Origin: an uncultured Clostridia bacterium
Lineage (GTDB): Bacteria; Bacillota; Clostridia; DUPQ01
NCBI GenBank assembly: GCA_963766335.1
Contig: CAVXZA010000002.1
Location: 928,292 to 992,291, forward strand
Length of the DNA stretch: 64,000 bases
Direction of reading: 5' to 3'
The position numbers were made by a program, and so were the translations under genes. The first letter of the stretch is position 1. The number at the start of each line of letters is the position of its first letter. This document shows positions 38,289 to 48,364 of the stretch, piece by piece. The notes beneath the pieces were generated by a model that searched no databases, was not told the origin of the DNA, and saw only the letters and a list, made by a program, of their open reading frames with translations.

Positions 38289-39281
38289 ATGAAAAAAACA
38301 TTATTAATAATATTATCCATAATAATGGTTGCTGCCTCAGCCTGCAGCATAAAAAACAAAGAGCCGTTATCAAGGACAGGTTTTCATCTTGGTACAATAG
38401 TAACAGTCACATTATACGGTGGAAACGGCGAAGAATCCCTTGACAAGGTCTTTGAAGAGATTGAGCGCCTGGAGTCAATATTATCTAAGCATGTTGAGGG
38501 CAGCGACATACAAAAAATAAATGCCGCAGCCGGTGTTGATTCTATAGAACTGCAGCCTGAGACAATAGTGGTTCTTACCCAAAGCACCAGATATTACGAA
38601 ATAAGCAAAGGTTATTTTAATATAACCGTAGGTCCATTGGTTAGTTTATGGGGGATTGGCACTGAAGATGCGGCCGTGCCTTCTGAAGACGATCTTGCAG
38701 CTGCATTGGCAAAAGTGAATATGGATGAATTTATATTCTGTTGCGACACAGCCGAACTGCTTAAACCGGGAATGTCAATAGATACCGGGGGCATTTCAAA
38801 AGGTTATATTGCCGATAAAGTGGCGGAAATTATAAAAGATGAAGAATGTATAGGCGCAATCATTAATCTGGGTGGAAATGTGCTGGCAGTGGGTAAAAAA
38901 CCGGACGGCAGCAAATGGAAAATCGGTATTCAGGACCCGTTTGAAGCAACGGGTGAATATAGGGAAGTTGCAGAAATCGGAGAGATGTCTGTTGTAACCT
39001 CGGGTCCGTATGAACGCAATTTTGAGGAAAATGGTGTTGTTTACCATCATATAATTGATCCATTTACAGGATATCCTGTTGTAAATGAAATTGCAGGTGT
39101 TACGATAATCAGTGAAAAGTCCATAGACGGTGATGGACTGTCGACGTCGGTTTTTGCAATGGGAACCGAGGCTGGGCTTGAATTAATAGAAAATATAGAA
39201 AATACCGAGTGCTATATTGTTCTTGACGATGGGTCATCAATAATGTCTTCAGGTTTCGGAAAGTATATAGTTCTAAATTAA
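38289..39281 (+). CDS. apbE: FAD:protein FMN transferase (ApbE) lipoprotein
   Basis: It has a lipobox (AASAC) and the motifs HLGTIVTVTLYG, GGISKGY and HHIIDPFTGYP. Confidence 0.85.
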   Translation: MKKTLLIILSIIMVAASACSIKNKEPLSRTGFHLGTIVTVTLYGGNGEESLDKVFEEIERLESILSKHVEGSDIQKINAAAGVDSIELQPETIVVLTQSTRYYEISKGYFNITVGPLVSLWGIGTEDAAVPSEDDLAAALAKVNMDEFIFCCDTAELLKPGMSIDTGGISKGYIADKVAEIIKDEECIGAIINLGGNVLAVGKKPDGSKWKIGIQDPFEATGEYREVAEIGEMSVVTSGPYERNFEENGVVYHHIIDPFTGYPVVNEIAGVTIISEKSIDGDGLSTSVFAMGTEAGLELIENIENTECYIVLDDGSSIMSSGFGKYIVLN

Positions 39282-39439
39282 AAAGCTGAGAGCCACTATC
39301 GCAGCCATGTAAAAAACGGCTTGAAGACATAAAAGATCATGATAATATTATTGATTTTCAATATAAATCAAAAGGGATTATTGAAATAGAAATCCAATTA
39401 CTATACCATTGAGAGTGTTAGAAAACCATAGGGGGAATT

Positions 39440-40405
39440 ATGCTTAAAATATGTTTTATTGGTGAGGTTCTGATAGATTTCACACCTGCCGGGCTTTCCG
39501 ATAATGGAAACACACTATTTGAAAGGAATCCCGGGGGAGGACCTGCGAATTCTGCAGTTGCTGCATCTGTACTGGGAGCGCCATCGTATTTTATGGGAAT
39601 GGCTGGATATGATGAATTCGGTAAATTCCTAAAAAGAACATTCGAAGATAAAAATGTTGATACTAAGGGATTTGTTTATTCAAAAGAGGTTAACACAACA
39701 CTCGCTTTCGTGCAGCTTGATGATACAGGGAACAGGAGTTTCTCATTTTATAGGAATCCTGGTGCTGACATGATGTTTTCCGAAGACGATATTGATTTCA
39801 ACATCATTGATAAATGCGACCTGCTGCATTTCTCTTCGGTTTCCATGAGCAAAGGAAAATCAAGGAATGCAACAAGGAAAGCTGTTGAATATGCAAAATC
39901 AAAAGGCAAGATAATATCTTTTGACCCAAATCTGAGGGAATTGCTATGGGACAGCCTTGATGAAGCGAAATCAATTATTTCATCTATGCTGAAATATGCT
40001 GACATTCTTAAAATATCAGGAGAGGAACTTGAGTTTGTAACCGGTGAATCAAATATAGAAAAAGCAACGCAAATGTTATTTGATAAAAATATTCCCTTGA
40101 TTTTTTCAACACTTGGGCCGGATGGCTGTTACTATAAACATAAAAACGGAAGAGGGTATAGGAAAGCATATAATACCAAAGTAATAGATACGACCGGTTC
40201 AGGTGATGCTTTTGTCGGTGCTATACTTTATAAAATAGCAGAAGTGAATGGAAATATCGGCGAGTTGAATAATGATGAGGTCAGCGACATAGCAGAATTT
40301 GCAAATGCCGCAGGTTCCTTAGCAGCTACAATCAGAGGCGGGATACCATCTATGCCGACGGTTGCGCAGGTTGAAGAGTGCCGGATATCGGTCCCATTAT
40401 TGTAA
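39440..40405 (+). CDS. PfkB family carbohydrate kinase (fructokinase-like)
   Basis: ICFIGEVLIDF, NPGGGPAN and DTTGSGDAF. Confidence 0.8.
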   Translation: MLKICFIGEVLIDFTPAGLSDNGNTLFERNPGGGPANSAVAASVLGAPSYFMGMAGYDEFGKFLKRTFEDKNVDTKGFVYSKEVNTTLAFVQLDDTGNRSFSFYRNPGADMMFSEDDIDFNIIDKCDLLHFSSVSMSKGKSRNATRKAVEYAKSKGKIISFDPNLRELLWDSLDEAKSIISSMLKYADILKISGEELEFVTGESNIEKATQMLFDKNIPLIFSTLGPDGCYYKHKNGRGYRKAYNTKVIDTTGSGDAFVGAILYKIAEVNGNIGELNNDEVSDIAEFANAAGSLAATIRGGIPSMPTVAQVEECRISVPLL

Positions 40406-40414
40406 GGAGAATAT

Positions 40415-41014
40415 ATGAAACTTCGGATTGGGATTCTTGCATCCCACGGCGGTAGCAACATGCAGGCAATTATTGATGCCTGTGCGAAAGATGAAATTAA
40501 TGGCAGTGTATGTGTTGTAATCTGCAATAATTCTAATGCGGGTGCTGTTGAAAAGGCTGAAAGAGCCGGCATACCAGTCTATCATCTCAGCAGTAAAAAC
40601 TATCCTGGTAATAATGACCTTGACGAGGCTATATTGATAGTACTTAAGAAATATAAAGTAAACATAGTTGCACTTGCCGGATACATGAAAAAACTGGGGA
40701 CGATGGTGCTGAAAGAATATAGAAACAGAATACTGAATATCCACCCGGCTCTGTTACCAAAGCACGGCGGTAAAGGCATGTACGGCATGATTGTGCATGA
40801 AGCAGTTATTAACGAAGGCGATAAAGAATCCGGTGCTACAGTACATCTTGTTAATGAAAACTATGATGAAGGCGGGATATTGAGTCAGGTTATTGTGCCG
40901 GTTGCAAAAACGGATACTCCTGAAGTCCTGGCGGCTAAAATTCTAGTTCAGGAGCACAGGCTTTACCCGATTACACTTGAAAAAATATCAAAAGGTGAAA
41001 TAAAGTTGCCATGA
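40415..41014 (+). CDS. purN: phosphoribosylglycinamide formyltransferase
   Basis: ILASHGGSNMQAIIDA, LAGYMKKL, NIHPALLP and GATVHLV. Confidence 0.85.
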   Translation: MKLRIGILASHGGSNMQAIIDACAKDEINGSVCVVICNNSNAGAVEKAERAGIPVYHLSSKNYPGNNDLDEAILIVLKKYKVNIVALAGYMKKLGTMVLKEYRNRILNIHPALLPKHGGKGMYGMIVHEAVINEGDKESGATVHLVNENYDEGGILSQVIVPVAKTDTPEVLAAKILVQEHRLYPITLEKISKGEIKLP

Positions 41015-41136
41015 CAGGAAAAGAAGGAAAGATAACACATGCGTTCAGGATAAATGGAACATGTTCAAGTGAAATTGCGTTTGATATAGAGAAGGAGAAA
41101 TTTAAAAACCTTCAATTTGAAAGGGGATGCTGTTAA
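41011..41136 (+). pseudogene. 41-codon remnant of a TSCPD-domain (TIGR03905-like) protein
   Basis: The ATG overlaps the purN stop (ATGA). The product is MTGKEGKITHAFRINGTCSSEIAFDIEKEKFKNLQFERGCC-stop. It follows the family N-terminal pattern as I recall it (..GvCs..I.F.ie...i.nv.F.gGC) but stops where GN..GI..L...TSCPDQ should follow. No frame continues it. Confidence 0.4.
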
Positions 41137-41144
41137 AGTAAGAA

Positions 41145-41432
41145 ATGACTATAGACAAGAAGAAATTATGGAAAATTGCATTCTATATATGTATAACGAT
41201 CTACATCATAAATATGGTGTGTATTTTAGCCTCGGGCAACTGTATTTTTATAAATAGCACCAGGGAATACAATTACATAGCGGCAGTGCTTAATGCCATA
41301 TTTCTCTTTATATTCTATAATTTTCTTAAAAAAGGTTCCCTTACACCGCGGTATCTTCTCATAATGTTCGGCGCGCTTGTCGTTCTTCCTTTCCTTGTCG
41401 CCCTTGTTTTCGGGGGTATTGGTTTTTCATAG
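41145..41432 (+). CDS. small hydrophobic membrane protein, unknown function
   Basis: It has three predicted TM segments. I recognised no motif. Confidence 0.45.
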   Translation: MTIDKKKLWKIAFYICITIYIINMVCILASGNCIFINSTREYNYIAAVLNAIFLFIFYNFLKKGSLTPRYLLIMFGALVVLPFLVALVFGGIGFS

Positions 41433-41480
41433 GGGGTATACTATTATTGATACAACAGCTAGAAAGGCTAACAAGATAAA

Positions 41481-42923
41481 ATGACAGAAAAATACGATGT
41501 TGCCATTATAGGCGCCGGTGTGGTTGGCGGGATGGTGGCCAGAAGCATGTCGTCATACAATGTAAAGATCTGTATTATCGACAGCCATATAGATTCGGCT
41601 ATGGGCGCCAGCGGTGCAAATTCGGGAATCGTTCATGCCGGATACGATGCAAAACCCGGTTCACTGAAATCAAAATTCAATATTCTGGGCACTGCTATGA
41701 TGCCTGAAACATGCAGGCAACTTAAGGTACCGTATAAAAATACAGGTTCGCTTGTACTTGCGTTTAATAAAGAAGATGAAATACAGCTTCAGATACTTTA
41801 TGAAAACGGTATTTCGGAAGGCGTTAAGGGCCTTGAAATAATAAGTGGCGATAAAGTCCGTGAAATGGAACAAAACATAAGCGCTGAAGTAACAGCCGCA
41901 TTATATGCTCCCACAGCCGGAGTAGTTTCACCATATAAATTGAATATAGCTGCGGTTGAAAACGCAGTTGTTAATGGAACGGAATTCTTACGCGAGACAA
42001 AAGTTACAGGGATAAATGGAAGCAAAGGTAATTACATGCTTGAGACAACCAAGGGAGATATACATACAGGAGTAATCATAAACTGCTCCGGGATATATGC
42101 TGATGAAATTTCTGCGATGGCAGGTGACGGATTCTTTTCATTGACCCCTAGGAAAGGCGAATACCTTCTGTTCGATCGTTCAGAAGGAGGAATTGTCGAA
42201 CGAGTCATATTCCAGCCTCCGTCAGAAAAAGGAAAAGGTGTGCTGGTCATGACTACGGTGGATGGCAATTTACTGATTGGTCCTGATGCGAATATAGCGG
42301 AATCGAAAGAAGACAGTTCAACCCACGCCGAAAGCTTGGAATATGTATATCAAACCGCCTTGAAAACATGCAGCAAATTAAATCTAAAAAAAGTCATAAC
42401 GTCTTTCGCTGGTCTTCGGGCAACACCGGATACAGGTGATTTCATAATAGGCGAAAGCCTTATAATCCCCGGCTTTTTTAATGTGGCCGGGATTGAATCA
42501 CCCGGATTATCTTCAGCCCCGGCCATAGCCGATTATGTATCGGGTATTGTCAGCGACAGTCTCGGTGGCTTGGCTAAAAAAGAGGATTATAATCCCGGGC
42601 TTGATACCCATGAGTTTTTTAGAGATATGGAACTTGATGAAAAAGAACGGATTATCAATGAGAATCCGGCATTCGGCAGGATTGTATGCAGGTGTGAATC
42701 CGTTACTGAAGCGGAAGTGCTTGACAGCATCAGGCGACCGGCCGGTGCAAGGACCGTCGACGGGGTTAAAAGAAGGACAAGGGCCGGCATGGGACGATGC
42801 CAGGGCGGATTTTGCCTGCCGAATGTAGTTGAGATAATTTCAAAAGAACTGGCAATTGAAAAAGAAGATGTTTTAAAAGGCGACAGGGGTTCAAATATCC
42901 TTTTGGAAAGGAACCGGCCATGA
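41481..42923 (+). CDS. FAD-dependent oxidoreductase, GlpA / glycerol-3-phosphate dehydrogenase-like, with a BFD-like [2Fe-2S] domain
   Basis: DVAIIGAGVVGG, followed by the C-terminal CRCESVTEAEV...GMGRCQGGFC. Confidence 0.75.
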   Translation: MTEKYDVAIIGAGVVGGMVARSMSSYNVKICIIDSHIDSAMGASGANSGIVHAGYDAKPGSLKSKFNILGTAMMPETCRQLKVPYKNTGSLVLAFNKEDEIQLQILYENGISEGVKGLEIISGDKVREMEQNISAEVTAALYAPTAGVVSPYKLNIAAVENAVVNGTEFLRETKVTGINGSKGNYMLETTKGDIHTGVIINCSGIYADEISAMAGDGFFSLTPRKGEYLLFDRSEGGIVERVIFQPPSEKGKGVLVMTTVDGNLLIGPDANIAESKEDSSTHAESLEYVYQTALKTCSKLNLKKVITSFAGLRATPDTGDFIIGESLIIPGFFNVAGIESPGLSSAPAIADYVSGIVSDSLGGLAKKEDYNPGLDTHEFFRDMELDEKERIINENPAFGRIVCRCESVTEAEVLDSIRRPAGARTVDGVKRRTRAGMGRCQGGFCLPNVVEIISKELAIEKEDVLKGDRGSNILLERNRP

Positions 42924-44173
42924 TTATAAAAAGAAGCCTTATAATAATCGGCGCCGGTCCCGCAGGTCTGGCGGCAGCTGTAAAAGCTAAAAAATCCGGT
43001 ATAAATGATGTTCTTCTTTTAGAACGCGACAATCAGCTGGGGGGAATCCTCAAACAATGCATACACAATGGATTCGGGCTGCACGTTTTTAAAGAAGAAC
43101 TTACAGGGCCTGAATTTGCACTGAGATACATCAGGATAGTCAATGAGCTTAAGATTGAATATAAATTAAATACCATGGTCATATCCATGGACGAAAAAAA
43201 ACACATAACAACAGTGAACCATAAAGATGGTCTGGTCGTTTACGAAGCAAAATGCGTAATCCTGGCAATGGGGTGCAGAGAACGGCCAAGAGGAGCACTT
43301 CGGATACCCGGAACCAATCCCAGCGGTATTTTTTCAGCGGGAACTGCACAGAAATTTGTTAACATCGAAGGAATGAAACCCGGAAAAACTGCGCTCATTT
43401 TAGGTTCGGGTGATATCGGGTTGATTATGGCAAGAAGACTGACGCTTGAGGGAATGAAAGTTAAGGCAGTTTGTGAAATAATGCCGCATCCCGGAGGTTT
43501 AACAAGAAACATAGTGCAGTGCCTTGATGATTTCAACATACCGCTGCATTTGTCCACAACAGTAACAGGGATTCATGGGAAAAGGCGCCTTGAAGGAGTA
43601 ACCGTCGCCAAGGTTGATGAGAACTTTAAACCTATTAAAGAAACAGAAAAACTCATCAAATGCGACACCTTATTATTGTCCGTAGGCTTAATACCTGAAA
43701 ATGAGTTGGCGGAAGAAGCAGGTGTAAATCTGGACCCTGTTACAGGCGGGGCCATGGTGAACCAGAATCTTGAAACCAATGTGGAAGGGGTATATGCATG
43801 CGGCAATGTGCTTCATGTACATGATTTGGTAGATTACGTAGCACTTGAGGCAGAACGGGCGGCTGCATCAGCGGTAAAAAAGATTAAAGGTAAAACAAAA
43901 AAAACAAAAAAAAGGGTTGAGTTAATTGCTGGCGAGGGAATCCGATATACAGTGCCGAAATTTATAGACATCACATCAAAAGAAGAAAAAATCAAGATAT
44001 ATTTCCGTTCGACAGCAGTAATGAAATCTGTGAAATTAAATGCCATATGCAAGGGAAAATCGGTTTACAGCAAAAAGTTTAAAAAACTTGTGCCGGCGGA
44101 AATGGGATATGTCAGGATATCTACTGAAGATGTCAAGGGCAGGAAAATGACGATTGAGGCGAAGGCAAAATGA
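42920..44173 (+). CDS. FAD/NAD(P)-binding pyridine nucleotide-disulfide oxidoreductase
   Basis: IIIGAGPAGLAAA, ILGSGDIGLIMA and ACGNVLHVHD. Its start overlaps the upstream stop by 4 nt. Confidence 0.75.
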   Translation: MIIKRSLIIIGAGPAGLAAAVKAKKSGINDVLLLERDNQLGGILKQCIHNGFGLHVFKEELTGPEFALRYIRIVNELKIEYKLNTMVISMDEKKHITTVNHKDGLVVYEAKCVILAMGCRERPRGALRIPGTNPSGIFSAGTAQKFVNIEGMKPGKTALILGSGDIGLIMARRLTLEGMKVKAVCEIMPHPGGLTRNIVQCLDDFNIPLHLSTTVTGIHGKRRLEGVTVAKVDENFKPIKETEKLIKCDTLLLSVGLIPENELAEEAGVNLDPVTGGAMVNQNLETNVEGVYACGNVLHVHDLVDYVALEAERAAASAVKKIKGKTKKTKKRVELIAGEGIRYTVPKFIDITSKEEKIKIYFRSTAVMKSVKLNAICKGKSVYSKKFKKLVPAEMGYVRISTEDVKGRKMTIEAKAK

Positions 44174-44541
44174 ATAGAGAAATGGTTTGTATCCGCTGCC
44201 CCAAGGGCTGCATGATGATGGTTGAATATGAGGGTGCAAAAGTACTGGAAGTAACCGGCAACAGCTGTAGCAAGGGCAAAGACTATGCTGTTGACGAAAT
44301 TACAAAACCAGTCAGGATTGTTACATCCACGGTTAAGGTAAAAGACGGCGAATTGCCTGTGGTTCCGGTTAAGACAAAGAAGGCTATCAGACGTCATTTG
44401 ATATTTGATGTAATGAAAGAGATCTACAAGGCCGAGGTAAAAGCGCCTGTCAAAGAAGGACAGGTTATTATCAAGGACCCGGCAAAGTGTGGAGCGAATG
44501 TTGTGGCAACCCTGGATTTGAAGAGAGTGAAAAATGATTGA
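44170..44541 (+). CDS. DUF1667 domain protein
   Basis: The CIRCPKGC...GNSCSKG cysteine pattern fits the family. The gene is translationally coupled to its neighbours. The three genes form the usual trio with the two flavoproteins. Confidence 0.7.
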   Translation: MNREMVCIRCPKGCMMMVEYEGAKVLEVTGNSCSKGKDYAVDEITKPVRIVTSTVKVKDGELPVVPVKTKKAIRRHLIFDVMKEIYKAEVKAPVKEGQVIIKDPAKCGANVVATLDLKRVKND

Positions 44542-45253
44542 TTTAAAAGGCAAAAAGGTTTTAATAACCGGAGCAAGCAGGGGAATAGGGCTGGCAATAG
44601 CCAGAATGCTTGCAAAAGAAGGTGCTGTCCTAAGTTTATGTGCAAGCAGCCAGGAAAGTTTTGTTAACGTTATGTCGGAATTTGATGAAATCCGGACATA
44701 TTTCATAGGTGGAAACCTGCTGAAGAAAAAAGACCCCATGGAAATAGTAAAAAAGGCTGCCTATCTCATGAACGGAATTGATATTGTCATAAACAATGCG
44801 GGAAAGGCATTTGCAAAACCTATTGAAGAAACAACTGCCGGGGACTGGGATGAGTTAATGAAGCTGAATGCCCGTGCTCCGTTTTTGATATGCAAAGAAA
44901 GCATTAAGTACCTTAAGGATTCCGACTGTGGCTCAATAATAAACATTTCTTCTGTAGTAGGAGTTAAGGGATATGAAAACCAAGCAGCATATTCCGCTTC
45001 AAAACATGCCCTGATGGGTTTCACCAAAGCCCTGGCAAAAGAAGTCCAGCAATACGACATCAGGGTACATTCGATAGCTCCCGGGGGCGTTGCTACTGAG
45101 ATGGTTATTGAAACAAGGCCGGATCTTGATGCCTCTGTACTTATTAAGCCTGAAGAGATTGCAGATGCCGTGTGGTTTTTACTAACACGACGCGGAAATG
45201 CAGTAATTGAGGAAATAAACATCCGCCGTGATGCAAATACTCCGTTCAAATAA
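44534..45253 (+). CDS. SDR family oxidoreductase
   Basis: TGASRGIG, NNAG and YSASK. Confidence 0.8.
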   Translation: MIDLKGKKVLITGASRGIGLAIARMLAKEGAVLSLCASSQESFVNVMSEFDEIRTYFIGGNLLKKKDPMEIVKKAAYLMNGIDIVINNAGKAFAKPIEETTAGDWDELMKLNARAPFLICKESIKYLKDSDCGSIINISSVVGVKGYENQAAYSASKHALMGFTKALAKEVQQYDIRVHSIAPGGVATEMVIETRPDLDASVLIKPEEIADAVWFLLTRRGNAVIEEINIRRDANTPFK

Positions 45254-45290
45254 AAGTTATATCCCTGGAATAGTTAATCAAGACGGTAAA

Positions 45291-46547
45291 TTACCCTAAA
45301 GATGATTTGCGGTCTTTTTCGCGATTCATATAAAGAAGACAAACAAAGGCAAGCAGTGGGAATATTGCGCCTGACAATAATCCGGTGCGCATTCCCAGCT
45401 GTACTGAATCAAGTCCGAAACTAGTGCCTGCCTTTGCCAAAAAGCCGACTTTGGAGGCGTTATCTGATACTATTCCCACTAACCATGGTCCTATTGAAGC
45501 TCCAATATCGCCGCCCGCAGCCAGGAAGGCGAACAGCCAGGTACCCGCGAAAGGGAATCTCTCGGCTGAAAGGACAAGTGTACCGGGCCATAAAAGGCTG
45601 ACAGATATTCCGCACAATGCACATGCTGCCAGTGATAATGCATTGATAGGTGAAAATGCTACTATCAAATAGCATATAAACGCTGAAAGAGTTCCTGCAA
45701 TCATGATTTTATTAAGATTGAATTTTTCTCCGTATTTTCCATGAAGCAATCGGCCAAGGCCAAGCATAAGTGCAAACATTGACATACCGCTGATATCTCC
45801 CAGGGCCTTTGGGATAGCCATGACTTCCTCCATGAATGCCGATGCCCACTGGTTCATGACAATTTCGGATGCCCCGCTGAATGCAATGGCAAAAAAGGCT
45901 GCAATAAAGAATTTATTGCGCATATGCATTTTGAAACTCTCCCTTTTTCCATCAGGAACAATGGGTGCAATAGGTGCTTTAGAAAATATTATTGCATTTA
46001 TAACAGGTGGTATTGCCCATAAAATCATTATAATAGGCCACAACTGCCTTCCGAAGGCCAGAATGAAAAGCGTCGTTAAAATAACTACACCCATCTGCCC
46101 CCATGCGTAAAATGAATGAAGCAGCGACATGGTAGATGACTTTGATTTCACCGGAATAGCATTGACTGTCGGGCTTATAAGCAGCTCAAGCAGTCCTCCG
46201 CCTGCAGAGAAAATAATAGTACCGATAACAAAGCCAATATAAGGACTGTCAAGAAACATCGGGGCTGTTGCAAAGATTACAAAACCAATGGCACTAAGAA
46301 TATGGGCAATCACCAAAAAAGACCGATAACCTTTTTTATCAACTATATGACTGAAAGCTATATCGGTCAGAACCTGTGTAATGAAATTGATAAAAACAAG
46401 AAGTCCAAGGCTTCCAAAGCTAAGCCCGAACTGGTTCCTGAGAGGTATGAATAAAACAGGGGTTAGGTTTATTACAGTTGCCTGTACAGTAAAACCAAGG
46501 TAACATGCTTTTAGAGTAAGTTTGTAAGAGTATTTCTTTTTCCCCAT
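45291..46547 (-). CDS. MFS transporter
   Basis: It is 418 aa long, with about 12 hydrophobic segments in two halves. Confidence 0.75.
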   Translation of the reverse strand: MGKKKYSYKLTLKACYLGFTVQATVINLTPVLFIPLRNQFGLSFGSLGLLVFINFITQVLTDIAFSHIVDKKGYRSFLVIAHILSAIGFVIFATAPMFLDSPYIGFVIGTIIFSAGGGLLELLISPTVNAIPVKSKSSTMSLLHSFYAWGQMGVVILTTLFILAFGRQLWPIIMILWAIPPVINAIIFSKAPIAPIVPDGKRESFKMHMRNKFFIAAFFAIAFSGASEIVMNQWASAFMEEVMAIPKALGDISGMSMFALMLGLGRLLHGKYGEKFNLNKIMIAGTLSAFICYLIVAFSPINALSLAACALCGISVSLLWPGTLVLSAERFPFAGTWLFAFLAAGGDIGASIGPWLVGIVSDNASKVGFLAKAGTSFGLDSVQLGMRTGLLSGAIFPLLAFVCLLYMNREKDRKSSLG

Positions 46548-46738
46548 ATTATCCCCCGGCGCATTTTAGCCAATTATATCACAATCCCTAAATCCAAAGT
46601 GCTGACCAGGGCCGGTTCTTAGAGATATGCAAGAATAAGCATTGCTTGTCAATTCCTGCTGATGGAAGTAAACTGAATATACGAAGGTTTGGAGAATTTA
46701 TTAGGTTTAGATGGGGTAGATGGTTATCCGGAGGACTG

Positions 46739-48364
46739 ATGTTTAAGGTTTTATTAGTCGATGATGAAGAAGAAGTGAGGCATGGCATAAGAGACAGAAT
46801 CGACTGGGCTTCTTATGGCTTCGAAATAGCGGGAGAAGCCGAGAATGGTCGGGAAGCGCTCAATTTCTTTGATGAATGCCTGCCCGATGTCGTGGTGACT
46901 GATATCAATATGCCGTATATGGATGGCATAGAGCTTGCCGCGGAGATAAATGAGGCATATCCTACTGTAAAAATTGTAATACTTACAGGTTTTGACGACT
47001 TTAAATTCGCCCAGGCTGCCATTAAGTATGGTGTGTCGGATTATATCCTGAAACCGGTTCTTCCAAAAGACATAACTATGTTTCTTGAAAAACTAAGGAA
47101 TAGGATTGTTTCGGAACAGGAAGAAGGCGAGAATATCGAAAAACTGCAAAAGCATTACCATGACAGCCTTCCTTTGCTAAGGGAGAATTTCCTTGTCAAT
47201 CTCATATTGGGAAAACCAACATCAGGGCATACAGAAACAAGAATAAGGGATATGGACATTAAGCTCAAAGGCAATTGGTTTTCTGCAGCCATATGCAAGA
47301 TTGACTCTGAGAGCTTTGTCAATGACAACCTATCTGATAGTGAATTAGAACTTAAAAGATTTGCTGTATTTAATATTGTAAATGAAATTCTGGATTCCAG
47401 GAAAGCGGGGGAAACCTTCATACATGATGATGGCATAGTTATTCTTCTTGGAGTGGAAGGTGATGACAAGACAGTTGCCCGTAATAGAATGCTCTCAATT
47501 CTGGAAGCTGTCAGGCAGACCGTTTGCAAATTTCTAAAGTTAACGGTTTCAATTGGCCTTGGCAGAATCGTACCGGTTACAACTGAAATAAGGGAATCTT
47601 ATCTGTCGTCGCTGACTGCAAGAAGCTACAAATTAATTCTTTCCGGTAATAAAGTTATATTTGTAGAGGATCTGGAACCTGGTATAAATAGCTTTTTCCA
47701 CCTTGAAACGGATAAAGAGGATGCCCTTATATCCAGTATTAAGTTCAAAGATGAAGCGGAAATCGCAAAATCGGTAGATGCTCTTTTTATTGGCTTAAGT
47801 GAATCCGGTGCATCCTTAAATGAATATCAGCTGTATTTCGTTGAAATCATATCCACGCTCATGAAACTGACAAGGATTTTCAAGATAAAATCGTCAGAAG
47901 TACTGCCGGACAACTCTGATATTCATATAGAACTAGAGAATTTCAATACAATCAGCGAGGCGAAGGATTGGATATACAAACTTAGCGTAAACATCGGCAG
48001 AAGTATTTCCGGAAAACGCTCCGATGCCTCAGAAGTGCTGTTTGAAAAAGCCCGGGACTACATAGCAGATAATTACGGCGACCCCGAGTTAAATGTACAA
48101 AAAATATCTAACTACCTATATATAAGTCCAAGTTACCTGAGTATGATATTCAAGAAAAAATCTGGGATAACCTTCCTTAAATATCTGGTAAGTATACGCC
48201 TGGATGCAGCAAAGGAAATGCTCATGAACAAGAGCAATAAGATTGCCTATGTTGCAGAAAAAGCCGGGTATCCCGATGTCAGTTATTTCAGCTATTTCTT
48301 TAAGAAAAACACAGGGGTGTCGCCCAGGGAGTTCAGGAAAAATGCAGAGGGGGCCGATAAATGA
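46739..48364 (+). CDS. response regulator with AraC-type HTH output (YesN-like)
   Basis: The receiver domain is MFKVLLVDDEEEV...DINMPYMDG...KP. The C-terminal AraC HTH is SPSYLSMIFKK...YPDVSYFSYFFKK. GGAGGA precedes the ATG at 46739. Confidence 0.85.
   Translation: MFKVLLVDDEEEVRHGIRDRIDWASYGFEIAGEAENGREALNFFDECLPDVVVTDINMPYMDGIELAAEINEAYPTVKIVILTGFDDFKFAQAAIKYGVSDYILKPVLPKDITMFLEKLRNRIVSEQEEGENIEKLQKHYHDSLPLLRENFLVNLILGKPTSGHTETRIRDMDIKLKGNWFSAAICKIDSESFVNDNLSDSELELKRFAVFNIVNEILDSRKAGETFIHDDGIVILLGVEGDDKTVARNRMLSILEAVRQTVCKFLKLTVSIGLGRIVPVTTEIRESYLSSLTARSYKLILSGNKVIFVEDLEPGINSFFHLETDKEDALISSIKFKDEAEIAKSVDALFIGLSESGASLNEYQLYFVEIISTLMKLTRIFKIKSSEVLPDNSDIHIELENFNTISEAKDWIYKLSVNIGRSISGKRSDASEVLFEKARDYIADNYGDPELNVQKISNYLYISPSYLSMIFKKKSGITFLKYLVSIRLDAAKEMLMNKSNKIAYVAEKAGYPDVSYFSYFFKKNTGVSPREFRKNAEGADK

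Noticed and set aside
44065-44739. A 224-aa ORF on the minus strand
   Set aside because: It is antisense to three well-supported, translationally coupled genes (the FAD oxidoreductase, DUF1667 and SDR genes). Its composition is low-complexity and Leu/Phe/Ser-rich, typical of shadow ORFs. The same reasoning applies to other long antisense ORFs, for example 6993-7463, 8016-8459, 11624-12103, 24057-24497, 25378-25764, 44761-45249, 50429-50929 and 55220-55732.
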